A stretch of DNA of 64,000 nucleotides from Escherichia coli (lineage in GTDB: Bacteria; Pseudomonadota; Gammaproteobacteria; Enterobacterales; Enterobacteriaceae): the NCBI RefSeq assembly GCF_001677475.2, contig NZ_CP015229.1; one strand, given 5' to 3'. Below the pieces are notes generated by a model. That model did no database searches, had not been told where the DNA came from, and worked only from the letters and a program-made list of their open reading frames with translations. Below, piece after piece: positions 10,018 to 19,687 of the stretch (the first letter of the stretch is position 1; the number at the start of each line of letters is the position of its first letter). The translations under genes were made by a program, and so were the position numbers.

Positions 10018-12635
10018 CGTCCACCTCCGGAGAACAGACCACCATCGCGCATCTGCCCGGTCACAACATCCATTGCCGCCTTACGGGCTACGTCATAAAC
10101 AGCCTTCAGTGCCTGTGGCCCTATCTGACCGTTCGTGCCGTCGTTGTTAATCACCACATGGTTATTCTGCTCAAACGTCCCGGACGCCTGCGACCGGCTG
10201 TCCGCCATGCTGCCCGGTGTACCGACATAACCGCCGGTGGCATAGCCGCGCATCAGCCGGTAAAGATTTCCCACGCCAATCCGGCTGGTTGCCTCCTTCG
10301 TGAAGACAAACTCACCACGGTGAACAATCCCCGCTGGCTCATATTTGCCGCCGGTTCCCGTAAATCCTCCGGTCGCAAAATGGAATTTCGCCGCAGCTGC
10401 CTGAATGGCTGTACCACCTGACGCTGATGAGCCGCCACCGGCAGCACCGCCAATGGCGCTGCCGATACTCCCGACAATTCCCACCATTGCCTGCTTAAGC
10501 AGAATTTCTGTCATCATGGACAGCACGGAACGGGTGAAGCTGCGCCAGTTCTGCTCACTGCCGGTCAGCATCGCCGCCATATTCTGCGCAATACCATCAA
10601 AGGTCTGCGTGGCAGCACTTTTAACCTGCGACATACTGTCCGTGGCAGTCTCTTTCCACTCGCTCCAGCCGGACCTGAGGCCTGCCATCCAGCTCCCGCG
10701 AAGCTGGTCTTCAGCTGCCCAGGTCTTTTTCTGCTCTGACATGACGTTATTCAGCGCCAGCGGATTATCGCCATACTGTTCCTTCAGGCGCTGTTCCGTG
10801 GCTTCCCGTTCTGCCTGCCGGTCAGTCAGCCCCCGGCTTTTCGCATCAATAGCGGCCCGTTTTGCCCGTTGCTGCTGTGCGAATTTATCCGCCTGCTGCG
10901 CCAGCGCGTTCAGGCGCTCCTGATACGTAACCTTGTCGCCAAGTGCAGCCAGCTGGCGTTTATACTCCAGCGTCTCATCTTTATGCGCCAGCAGGGATTT
11001 CTCCTGTGCAGACAGCTGGCGACGTTGCGCCGCCTCCTCCAGTACCGCGAACTGACTCTCCGCCTTCCACAAATCCCGGCGCTGCTGGCTGATTTTCTCA
11101 TTCGCTCCGGCATGCTTCTCCAGCGTCCGGAGTTCTGCCTGAAGCGTCAGCAGGGCAGCATGAGCACTGTCTTCCTGACGATCGCCCGCAGACACCTTCA
11201 CGCCGGACTGTTTCGGCTTTTTCAGCGTCGCTTCATAATCCTTTTTCGCCGCCGCCATCAGCGTGTTGTAATCTGCCTGCAGGATTTTCCCGTCTTTCAG
11301 TGCCTTATTCAGTTCTTCCTGACGGGCGGTATATTTCTCCAGTGGCGTCAGCAGGCGCTCATACGCCTTCTGCGCCTCTCCGGTATACTTCAGCTGTGAC
11401 GCCTCACGCTCAGCCCGGTCCCTTGCCACCAGTTCACCGGCTTTTTCCATATCCGACTGCAGCGTGGCTGCCGCCAGCCCCAGACGGGCATTTTCACGGT
11501 CATCCCATGCACCCTGAAGGTTGGCACGGAAAGAGGAGGTCTTTCCCCGGCTCTGACTCCGGCTCTGGTACCACTGCCATTTTTTATCCGCCTCATCAAA
11601 TGCCTTCTGCGCACTGGCGAGCATATCCGCTGAGGATTCAGGACGACCGATATCCAGGATGGCATCCCACATCAATTTGAATGCCTTCCCGGTTTTATCC
11701 GCCCAGGTTTCCAGCGTCCCCATGTTTTCTTTCAGGCGACGGGTCTGCTCATCAAAGCCTTTTGTGGCGATATCGTTCGCCGCCTGTAAGGCCCCTGCCT
11801 CATCACCCGAACGCTGCAGCTGCGCAACATACGCAATCTGCTCTGCCGTCACGTTACGGAACTGGCGCGCCATAGCCATCAGTCCCGACGTCGGGTCGGT
11901 GGTCAGCTTTCCAAAAGCCTCTGCAACCTTGTCCACTTCCACACCGGATACAGAAGCAAAACGCGCCACACTCTGGTTGATGGCATCAAACTGCTCACCA
12001 CCACGCACACCGGCATTCACCAGGGCTGCCAGTGACTCACTCGCCTGGTTAAACGTCAGCCCTGCTGCCTGTCCGGCTCTGGAGAGCGTCAGCATGCGAT
12101 CGGCAGTCAGTCCGGACTGATTACCGGAAAGAACAAGGGTTTTATTAAACGCTGAAAGCGTGGAATCCCCCTGGTACCAGGCATACGCCAGCGCACCTGT
12201 CGCCACCGCCAGCGAGGTGACCCCGACCATCGGCAGGGTGATCGCACCGGCAAGCCCCCTGAACATGGGGAGCATCCCGCCGAAGGCGTCCTTCACCTGA
12301 CCGCCCTGTTGCAGCAGAATAAGCCAGGGATTCTGACCACCGGCAAGCTGCGTGGCGATATCCGTAAACTGTGCAGGCAGGGTACGCATGGCCGCTTTAT
12401 ACTGCCCGACGGAAATCCCGGCTTTTTGTGCAGCCAGCGCCTGACGGCTCAGGCCCTGTTCAACGGCAGTGGCCTGTTTCTTAAAAGACTGGCTGACACG
12501 CCCGGCCATCAAATCCGCAAGGTCACTGGTTTCACCCAGTTCTTTCTTTACCCGTGCAGCCTCTTCAGAAAAACGGGTTGAATCCAGTGTAAGAACAGCT
12601 GTCAGATCGGCAAAATTACCCGCCATAGCGTACAC
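10014..12635 (-). CDS. H: Tail tape measure protein H
   Basis: 873 aa, Ala/Gln-rich helical protein between the G-T chaperone and M. Confidence 0.9.
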   Translation of the reverse strand: MYAMAGNFADLTAVLTLDSTRFSEEAARVKKELGETSDLADLMAGRVSQSFKKQATAVEQGLSRQALAAQKAGISVGQYKAAMRTLPAQFTDIATQLAGGQNPWLILLQQGGQVKDAFGGMLPMFRGLAGAITLPMVGVTSLAVATGALAYAWYQGDSTLSAFNKTLVLSGNQSGLTADRMLTLSRAGQAAGLTFNQASESLAALVNAGVRGGEQFDAINQSVARFASVSGVEVDKVAEAFGKLTTDPTSGLMAMARQFRNVTAEQIAYVAQLQRSGDEAGALQAANDIATKGFDEQTRRLKENMGTLETWADKTGKAFKLMWDAILDIGRPESSADMLASAQKAFDEADKKWQWYQSRSQSRGKTSSFRANLQGAWDDRENARLGLAAATLQSDMEKAGELVARDRAEREASQLKYTGEAQKAYERLLTPLEKYTARQEELNKALKDGKILQADYNTLMAAAKKDYEATLKKPKQSGVKVSAGDRQEDSAHAALLTLQAELRTLEKHAGANEKISQQRRDLWKAESQFAVLEEAAQRRQLSAQEKSLLAHKDETLEYKRQLAALGDKVTYQERLNALAQQADKFAQQQRAKRAAIDAKSRGLTDRQAEREATEQRLKEQYGDNPLALNNVMSEQKKTWAAEDQLRGSWMAGLRSGWSEWKETATDSMSQVKSAATQTFDGIAQNMAAMLTGSEQNWRSFTRSVLSMMTEILLKQAMVGIVGSIGSAIGGAAGGGSSASGGTAIQAAAAKFHFATGGFTGTGGKYEPAGIVHRGEFVFTKEATSRIGVGNLYRLMRGYATGGYVGTPGSMADSRSQASGTFEQNNHVVINNDGTNGQIGPQALKAVYDVARKAAMDVVTGQMRDGGLFSGGGR

Positions 12636-13069
12636 CTCCTGGAATTCCCTCAGACACCATCATCAGCATGGCTTCATCCTCTGTACTGCTCCGCATGTCA
12701 TCACTGACCGTAACGATTTCCTTCCCGTCAGCCCCAAAGCGGACACCACCAGAAAGTCCTGCCGCTTTCCGCATCAGCATATCGTCCTCATCCGGCATCT
12801 CCGTCTGCTCATCATCACGTCGGGGTGCAAGCAGACTGAAATCCGCCGGATGCATATCCGGATCGCAAAAAAACAGGCTGAGTACGGCGTACATCAGCCC
12901 GGAAAAATGCATATCCAGCTGGGTATCCTGAAAATAATGCGTGCGGTAAAAACGGTGCCAGTCGGCATATTCGGTGGATGTCATCCCGGCAAGCATGGTG
13001 CGCCAGTCAGGCCTCCCCATCTCACGCGCCAGTCTGAGGGCAAAATTCAGCTCGCCGTCGAAGACTTTC
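12616..13069 (-). CDS. T: T-frame extension of tail assembly chaperone (G-T fusion made by -1 frameshift)
   Basis: Open -1 frame downstream of slippery heptamer in G; continues ...GKVFDGELNFALRLAREMGRPDW... Confidence 0.8.
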
Positions 13070-13478
13070 CCGCAGAAAAATCATCATCAGTAAGCGCATT
13101 ATTTTTCGCCACTTCGGTGATATCCGTATCCACATGAACAGGCTCACTCATCCCGGACAGACGCAACACCACGTCTTCCGCCCGGGCAATGGCATCAGCA
13201 GGCCAGGTGGTCAGGACTTCCTGCTCAATCTGCATCACAGCCTCATTCATTGACGGTGACTCCGTTTTCTGTGGATGGTTATGCCACAGGGACATCGCCA
13301 CCAGAAACGCCCCGGTTCTGACAAGGTCTTCCACGCTCACCTGCAGGTTGCCGCTGGCTTCAGCCTCTTCTGCCCGCCGTTTCAGGAGGGCAAGATGCTC
13401 AATACGCTGCAGCGCAGACAGTTCGGAAAGGGTGACGGACACGCCGTTATATTCAAATTGTTCTGTTTTCAGAAACAT
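13047..13478 (-). CDS. G: Tail assembly chaperone G
   Basis: 143 aa starting MFLKTEQFEYNGVSVTLSELSALQRIEHLALLKRR (lambda G-like). Confidence 0.9.
   Translation of the reverse strand: MFLKTEQFEYNGVSVTLSELSALQRIEHLALLKRRAEEAEASGNLQVSVEDLVRTGAFLVAMSLWHNHPQKTESPSMNEAVMQIEQEVLTTWPADAIARAEDVVLRLSGMSEPVHVDTDITEVAKNNALTDDDFSAGKSSTAS
13064..13070 (-). other. Programmed -1 ribosomal frameshift slippery site G GGA AAG
   Basis: Heptamer GGGAAAG (minus strand) in codons GCG GGA AAG, 5 codons before the G stop, same as the lambda G-T site. Confidence 0.85.
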
Positions 13479-13498
13479 GCTTTTATCACTCCCTCAGC

Positions 13499-14248
13499 TT
13501 AACCCGCAACACCATCCGTGACGGTAATTTCTGCCACTGCCGCAAACTGACCATTTCCGGTCACCACAGGGATCTGCGCTTTACCGGCCGCAACACCTTT
13601 CACCGTGATCGTGTTCCCTTTCACGGTAATGGTGGCGAAATTCTGATTCGCTGACGTGGCGCGGAAGGTTTTATCCGTCGCCCCTTCCGGCTGAACGGCC
13701 ACAGTCAGGGTGATATTCTGACCTTTTGCCACATTGCCCGTTGATGGCGTCACGGTAATACCGGTGACCGGCGTGATGTCCCCCTGATCTTCCGCCAGCG
13801 ACGGACGGCCGATATTGGTGATCTTCACGGTACGGGTGATCACCTCTTTGGCGGTCACCGCTTTACCAATGGCGCTCACCCAGCCACGGAACACATCCAC
13901 CGTGCCGTTCGGGAAACGGATTTTGTAGGCCCGGCTCTCACTGCTGTCAAACCAGGCGATCAAATCGCGCTGCCCTTTCTCGCCGGGCTTCCAGGCCAGC
14001 GTAAAACTGGTATCCCCTGCTGATTTCTGCCCCTGCCCGGTGGATACCCAGTCCGCATCATCATCATCCAGATAGTTATCATCGTAGGATTCTGCCGTCA
14101 TCTCGCCGGGTGTCAGATCCTTTATTTTTGCCAGGCGCGTCCACTCATCGTCTGACAGCGGGTTTGCATAAGCATCACCAGTGCCGGTGTACACCCATAG
14201 TGTGGTGCCGGAACCTTTCACCGGCTCAAGAGGATTTGGTATTGCCAT
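13499..14248 (-). CDS. V: Major tail tube protein V with C-terminal Ig-like (Big_2) domain
   Basis: 249 aa, lambda V-like; C-terminal Ig-like repeat ([22 protein letters not shown]). Confidence 0.9.
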   Translation of the reverse strand: MAIPNPLEPVKGSGTTLWVYTGTGDAYANPLSDDEWTRLAKIKDLTPGEMTAESYDDNYLDDDDADWVSTGQGQKSAGDTSFTLAWKPGEKGQRDLIAWFDSSESRAYKIRFPNGTVDVFRGWVSAIGKAVTAKEVITRTVKITNIGRPSLAEDQGDITPVTGITVTPSTGNVAKGQNITLTVAVQPEGATDKTFRATSANQNFATITVKGNTITVKGVAAGKAQIPVVTGNGQFAAVAEITVTDGVAG

Positions 14249-14255
14249 ATCGTCC

Positions 14256-14654
14256 TCACATCTCGTAGGTAATTTTCCACAGGAGATCTGCCGATCCCCA
14301 CATCATAAACTCATCATCCCGGCGGTAGTCATACCCCTGAAGATTCATCTTCAGCAGTAACGCACTGAGGCCGGGAACCGCCTCCAGCGCAGGAAGGATT
14401 TTCTCTTCCATCCACATATCCAGTGCCGAGTCCGATTCTTTTGCCCTGAGAAAAACTTCAATATGCAGTGTCGCCTCCCAGGTCCCCTCATCAACGAACT
14501 CGTCAGCAGCAGACGCATCAGTCAGGTAAACAGCAACAGCAGGTAGTTCCTGTTCATCAATAAAAACCGGGCGGCCGTCAAACCAGCTCACCCGCTCAGA
14601 AATATTTTCTTTCAGGGCAGACAGAACTGCCGCCCGTATTTCACGGTGTTTCAT
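14256..14654 (-). CDS. U: Tail terminator protein U
   Basis: 132 aa, lambda U-like ends ...[25 protein letters not shown]. Confidence 0.85.
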   Translation of the reverse strand: MKHREIRAAVLSALKENISERVSWFDGRPVFIDEQELPAVAVYLTDASAADEFVDEGTWEATLHIEVFLRAKESDSALDMWMEEKILPALEAVPGLSALLLKMNLQGYDYRRDDEFMMWGSADLLWKITYEM

Positions 14655-14666
14655 ACCCCCTCCCTG

Positions 14667-15290
14667 TCATTTTCTTTTCAGCACCAGGCGTAACTGATGC
14701 GTCATGGCTTTCATCATCTGCACCGGTAATTTTTCCCGGTACATCCGGTCCCGTTCACGTTCAAAGGTTTCTGCCAGCGGTCCGGCAGTCGGAATCTTCA
14801 CCACTTCGATCGGCAGACGGTGGCGTTTCGTCCTCCCTTTGCTGTCCGCACCGGTGGACGATGATGCCCACGGCATACGCTGCATCACATGCCACCGGCC
14901 ATTTTCCAGCCGGGTAATAAAAGCATTCGGGATCCGCCGTTTCCCGACAATCAGCACACTGCTACCGCCTTTCGTGACCGAACGCTCACCTTTCTTTCGC
15001 CGCTTTCTGCGGGAAAGCCGCACGCTGGCCGTCCCCAGTTTTATGGCGGGCAGATTACCGGTGTTGATGATGACCTTCGCATAAACCCTGTCTGCGCTGG
15101 CCCGTTGCAGGCGGATACGCTCACGGATGAGACGGCGTGGGACCGCCAGCTCCCGGGCAACCGAAGAGGCCGTTTTCGCGATGATGGACTCCGCCACACG
15201 GTTAAGCGTCGTGGCGGCAGCCCGGGGAACGGCACGGCGGTTAATCGCATCCAGATTTTTCATGGCCTGCGCCAGACCTTTTATCGCCAT
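14667..15290 (-). CDS. Z: Tail completion protein Z
   Basis: 207 aa starting MAIKGL..., basic RRKRRKKG patch, lambda Z-like. Confidence 0.8.
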   Translation of the reverse strand: MAIKGLAQAMKNLDAINRRAVPRAAATTLNRVAESIIAKTASSVARELAVPRRLIRERIRLQRASADRVYAKVIINTGNLPAIKLGTASVRLSRRKRRKKGERSVTKGGSSVLIVGKRRIPNAFITRLENGRWHVMQRMPWASSSTGADSKGRTKRHRLPIEVVKIPTAGPLAETFERERDRMYREKLPVQMMKAMTHQLRLVLKRK

Positions 15291-15292
15291 AC

Positions 15293-15574
15293 TTATTCCT
15301 GTTCGACAAAAATCCGGGGATTACCGTTGTACGTGTCATAACGGGTCACCACCAGTGAGCGACCGTCAAACACAACCACATCATCGCGGGCCGGCCGGTA
15401 CTGCGCTGAAAACACCACCAGTGACAACTGACTGCCGGAAAGCGCCCCCATATCCGCAGACTCATACTCCGGTATCACGTCATACACTACGCCGTTAATC
15501 TCCGCCGTTTTCCCCATCATGCGTACGGTCGCCAGGTCCATCCGGCTGCACATTCGCGCAAACAGATCAGGCAT
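15293..15574 (-). CDS. Head-tail connector protein (FII-like position)
   Basis: ORF upstream of Z; start chosen at MPDLFARM to avoid overlap with preceding gene. Confidence 0.55.
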   Translation of the reverse strand: MPDLFARMCSRMDLATVRMMGKTAEINGVVYDVIPEYESADMGALSGSQLSLVVFSAQYRPARDDVVVFDGRSLVVTRYDTYNGNPRIFVEQE

Positions 15575-15893
15575 TGATTTTAACCGCCACCGTGGTGGTG
15601 CCTGACGGCGCATGCTCCCATGCCATTCCCGCCGCCACTGCACCGTCTGCGGCAGGCTGCACAGTCCCGTCCTTCAGATAAACCGCCACACCGGCCTGAA
15701 TATCGTCGGCAGACTGTTTGGGCAGCAGGAACACGCCTTCGGCGAACCCGTCACCAGTCTCCCCGGCAGGAATATCGGTAATGGTCACTGCCACCATGCT
15801 GCCAACCACCACAGCGGCACCGCTCAGAATGGTCTGATCCCCGGCATTCACCAGCTCAATGGTGGTGCCGTCCTGTACAAAATTTTTAGCCAT
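15567..15893 (-). CDS. Small Gly/Ala-rich head-associated protein (DUF2190-like)
   Basis: 108 aa from MAKNFVQDGTT..., SD GGAGAG; directly downstream of capsid gene. Confidence 0.55.
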   Translation of the reverse strand: MAKNFVQDGTTIELVNAGDQTILSGAAVVVGSMVAVTITDIPAGETGDGFAEGVFLLPKQSADDIQAGVAVYLKDGTVQPAADGAVAAGMAWEHAPSGTTTVAVKINA

Positions 15894-15938
15894 AATGCTG
15901 TCTCTCCGGACAGCCCCCGGGGGGCTGTTTTCAGGCAT

Positions 15939-15957
15939 AAAAAAAGCCCTTTCGGGC
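15939..15957 (-). terminator. Rho-independent terminator directly after the capsid gene
   Basis: Minus strand GCCCGAAAGGGC hairpin followed by UUUUUUU, 22 nt after capsid stop; 17-bp palindrome CAGCCCCCGGGGGGCTG follows at 15911-15927. Confidence 0.65.
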
Positions 15958-15979
15958 AGTGATTGTGATAACGCGGTTA

Positions 15980-17959
15980 TCAGGCCACCGACGAACGCAC
16001 CAGCCCGCGCCAGTCAAGTGGTGCCACACCGGCATCAATACGGATTTTTGTGGCGATACCGTCAGTGGTGAAACCTTCCTGCTGGTCAATGTAGGGGGTG
16101 TCCACACCATCGAGCCAGGCCACTTCAATGGTGTCGGTGCCCTGTGCCGCAGCCAGGTACCAGGTTTTCGGATCTGCCGCATCAAGACGCGCTTCCGCAA
16201 TTACTTCGGCAAAGTTCTGGATCGGGTTAATGACACCGGCGTTTGCATCCGCCCCTTTCACACTGGCCGATTTGATGGTCTGGTTCGCCACCGTCTCCAG
16301 TGACACCGGCACCAGCATAAAGGCCGGACGGATATTCAGGGCGCGATCGCCTTCTTTCTGCAGGCGCATCATCTGACGGGCCGCATCCAGCCCGGAAACG
16401 GAGATCCCGCCGGTGGCTATATTTTTGTGATCGGTATGGAACAGGGCCTTACCGTCTGACAGTTTCGGGTTATCCGTCAGCACCTTGTAAACCAGGTCAC
16501 CAATCGTTGCCTTCGCCGCACGCCCCATCTTCATCGGCACGTCCACCAGCATATTCAGATCATCATTGATAATGGCCTGGCGGGTGATGGAGAAAATCTC
16601 CCCGTAGGTGGCCAGAGCAATGGTCTCCTTGCGATCTGAGGTGGTGATGTATTTATACTCCGCCCCCTCACGAACCTGACGCAGAGAACCAAAACCGCCC
16701 ATCCCCACGCGATACGCTGTTTTGAAGTCTGACAGGCGTCCCTTACGGGTCCACTTCTGGAAGGTTTCTTCTGATTCCTCCCAGCCCTGGATCAGCCCCT
16801 TGTTCGACACATCCAGCAGAATATTGCCAAAATCAGAGGTGCTGTGCGTCAGCGCCAGCCCGACCATCTGCATGGGGTTATAACTGGCCACCCCAATACC
16901 ACGCTCGGTCAGTGACATGCGAGCCCATTCACGCAGGGTCATCCCGTTATAGACATTATCCTTCTCGACATTTTCATATCCGGCACGGGCCAGCATCGCC
17001 TGGCGGATCCCGTCTCCCACAAAATTGCCGTTTCCGGCATAAATATGGGCCGGTGTGTTTTTGTTGGTCGGCGAGGACTCCTTGCCCATTTCATTCAGAA
17101 GGCGCTCGCGGGCCATTTCCAGCGAACAGTCAGGATCGGCCACACACTGCGCCTGAAGCGCCTGATAGCGCCCGCCAAACATGGCAAACAGATCGTTAAT
17201 GCCTGACATGCGGGCTTTCTGCTCAGCCATAACGCGGGCGCGAATGGTCGCCTCATCAGACACTGCCGGTACCGGTGATGGTTCTGTTACCGCCGGTGCA
17301 GGGATTGTCACTGTGGTATCACGCGGGGCACTGTTGTGTGGCTGCGTGATCATATTTCGGATGGATTCCGGCATCTTTTTAAATTCCTCTGTACGTGTTG
17401 ACTGAATACATGCCATTGCCTTAACGGCTGGCGTCACCTGGTCAGCAAATCCGTGTGCCAGACACTCGGCACCGGACATCCAGGTCTCATCCGCCAGCAT
17501 GGCGGCAATTTCATCGGTAGTTTTTCCGGTTTTCTGCGCATATACCGGCACCATAACCGACTCAAGTTTGTCCAGACGTTCGGCATAAGTGCGCATTTTC
17601 TCCGCATCACCACCGCTGATCCCCCAGGGTTTATGGATCATCATGAAGGCATTTTCCGGCATAATGACCGTGTCACCGGCCATCGCAATCAGGGATGCCA
17701 TCGAGGCGGCAACGCCATCCACATACACGGTAATGGCCGCACCGTGATTTTTCAGGGCATTAAAAATGGCGATGCCTTCAAAGACATCGCCACCCGGTGA
17801 GTTGATGTGGAGATTAATGTGGGTGATATCACCCAGGGCATTCATATCGCTGACAAACTGCTTCGCGGTGACGCCCCAGAAACCAATCTCGTCATAAATA
17901 TAAATATCCGCCTCACCCTGACCCCCCGCCTGCATCCTGAACCAGGATTTATTCTTCAT
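15980..17959 (-). CDS. Prohead protease (ClpP/S49-like) fused to major capsid protein
   Basis: N-terminal protease core (INSPGGDVFEGIAIFNAL...VDGVAASMASLIAMAGD) and long C-terminal capsid-like region in one ORF; start MKNKSWF placed just after portal stop. Confidence 0.7.
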   Translation of the reverse strand: MKNKSWFRMQAGGQGEADIYIYDEIGFWGVTAKQFVSDMNALGDITHINLHINSPGGDVFEGIAIFNALKNHGAAITVYVDGVAASMASLIAMAGDTVIMPENAFMMIHKPWGISGGDAEKMRTYAERLDKLESVMVPVYAQKTGKTTDEIAAMLADETWMSGAECLAHGFADQVTPAVKAMACIQSTRTEEFKKMPESIRNMITQPHNSAPRDTTVTIPAPAVTEPSPVPAVSDEATIRARVMAEQKARMSGINDLFAMFGGRYQALQAQCVADPDCSLEMARERLLNEMGKESSPTNKNTPAHIYAGNGNFVGDGIRQAMLARAGYENVEKDNVYNGMTLREWARMSLTERGIGVASYNPMQMVGLALTHSTSDFGNILLDVSNKGLIQGWEESEETFQKWTRKGRLSDFKTAYRVGMGGFGSLRQVREGAEYKYITTSDRKETIALATYGEIFSITRQAIINDDLNMLVDVPMKMGRAAKATIGDLVYKVLTDNPKLSDGKALFHTDHKNIATGGISVSGLDAARQMMRLQKEGDRALNIRPAFMLVPVSLETVANQTIKSASVKGADANAGVINPIQNFAEVIAEARLDAADPKTWYLAAAQGTDTIEVAWLDGVDTPYIDQQEGFTTDGIATKIRIDAGVAPLDWRGLVRSSVA

Positions 17960-19451
17960 GCTGGCTGTCGGTGGCCTGCTGACGCTGTTGTTCAGTTCCG
18001 GCACTGTTGCCTCCTTTGTCGTTGGCGGGGTCAGTATCAAAGACCAGCCCCAGCCTGCGGTTTTCCTCAGTTTCCGCCTTACGGCGACGTTTGACCTCAT
18101 CCGGGTTGCGCCCGCCTGCGCGGATCCAGTCGGATTCCGTCGCGGCACCACCCCGGATCTGTATCCGCCAGGCTTCAGCCTCCTTAACCGGGTCAATCCA
18201 CGGCATCACCGGACCGGAATACGTCGCGTTATATAGCGTCTTCATCTCCACATCCGCCGGAATTTTCAGCAGACCTGCCGCAACCACCATATTCAGCCAT
18301 GTCCGGTACACCGGGCGGGTTACCGCACCAATAAAACAGTCCTGCAGGATCAGGTAACCATCCGTGGACTCGACCAGCTCCTGCCGCTGGGCGCTGTAGG
18401 TGCCGTTATAGTTACGCGCCGCACTGGAAAAGCTCAGACGACTGCCAGCTGCCACTGCACGCAACTGGCCGTTGCGGAAAGTTTCAAGGTTGGGATTGGG
18501 ACGATCGGATTTGACCATGCCGATATCCTCGCCCTTGCGCAAATCGTCATAAATAATTCCCGGGGTGATATGGACTTCCCGCTCGGTTTCTTTGCTCCCC
18601 GGATCTTCATAGTCCTGTCCGTCACCTTTACGGATATACAGTCCCAGCGCCGCAGCAATACGCGCCGCTGTCAGTTCCGCATCCTCATACTCCTTAAGGG
18701 CACTGATCCGCATCAGCACCCCCGATAACATGGATGAGCCTCGCGTCTGATGCAGACGACGAGTGAACTTCAGGTGGATCATTTTTCCGGCGGCGATTTC
18801 TTTCGTATCACTCTGCCGACCACTGACCGGATAATTTTTATAAACCAGATATTTTTTCGGTCTGCCCCACTCATCAAGAAAAACCCCCTGATTCAGCCCG
18901 GCGGATTCATCACTGCGCATGGGAACAAAATCCGGCTCCATCGCTTCAAGCCAGAATGGCACTCCCGCCGTCCGTTCCAGACCGTTTCCCGCACCACTGA
19001 CCATCTGCGCAAACACTTCACCATCCCGCAGCCAGGTCCGCAGCAGTAAACGCTCAAGCACGGGACGGGTATACTGCCCTGTCACATCCGGACTCACGGA
19101 CCATTCAGCCCACAACCGGCGGATATCCGCAGCCAGCTCTGCCGCCATTTCCCCGTTTTTTCGTAATGGCTGAGGCTCCACAGTAATTCCTCTGGCACCA
19201 ATCACCCGCTCTTCAAGCTTGTCAAACACACCAATCACCAGGTCATGATTGATATCCAGAAAACGGGCCTGCTCCCGCAGGGAAACCGCGCCATATTTAC
19301 TGAGTTGATCAGCAGATCGATTTTCACGCCGGGCTTTATGTGTCCGGGTCGGTTTCACCGCCTCATAGGCCATGATTAACGCCCTTGAACGCAGTCTGGC
19401 CGCTTTCCAGCCTGGAGAGAACACGCCTATCACATCATCAATAATTGCCAT
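17949..19451 (-). CDS. Portal protein (lambda B-like)
   Basis: 500-aa ORF between W-like gene and protease-capsid gene. Confidence 0.8.
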   Translation of the reverse strand: MAIIDDVIGVFSPGWKAARLRSRALIMAYEAVKPTRTHKARRENRSADQLSKYGAVSLREQARFLDINHDLVIGVFDKLEERVIGARGITVEPQPLRKNGEMAAELAADIRRLWAEWSVSPDVTGQYTRPVLERLLLRTWLRDGEVFAQMVSGAGNGLERTAGVPFWLEAMEPDFVPMRSDESAGLNQGVFLDEWGRPKKYLVYKNYPVSGRQSDTKEIAAGKMIHLKFTRRLHQTRGSSMLSGVLMRISALKEYEDAELTAARIAAALGLYIRKGDGQDYEDPGSKETEREVHITPGIIYDDLRKGEDIGMVKSDRPNPNLETFRNGQLRAVAAGSRLSFSSAARNYNGTYSAQRQELVESTDGYLILQDCFIGAVTRPVYRTWLNMVVAAGLLKIPADVEMKTLYNATYSGPVMPWIDPVKEAEAWRIQIRGGAATESDWIRAGGRNPDEVKRRRKAETEENRRLGLVFDTDPANDKGGNSAGTEQQRQQATDSQHEE

Positions 19452-19687
19452 TAAAACCTCGCCAGTTTAAATCCCGGTTTTCCCCGCCTGCGGCTCACCA
19501 TCGCGGCAAGCCTGCGTTCCCACTCCTGACGTCCGGCGCGGATCTGAGAAAGGCTTTCCAGCGTCAGTTGCTGTCCGTTGAAGGTGACAGACTTCCCCTC
19601 CAGTACGGCCATTTCCGCTTCACGGTACCGCTGTATCATTTCTCTGGCTTCTTCTGTGCTCACAACCAGCCTCCTGATGTTATCCAT
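19451..19687 (-). CDS. W: Head-tail joining protein W-like
   Basis: 78 aa ending ...RRRGKPGFKLARF, similar to lambda W C-terminus. Confidence 0.65.
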   Translation of the reverse strand: MDNIRRLVVSTEEAREMIQRYREAEMAVLEGKSVTFNGQQLTLESLSQIRAGRQEWERRLAAMVSRRRGKPGFKLARF

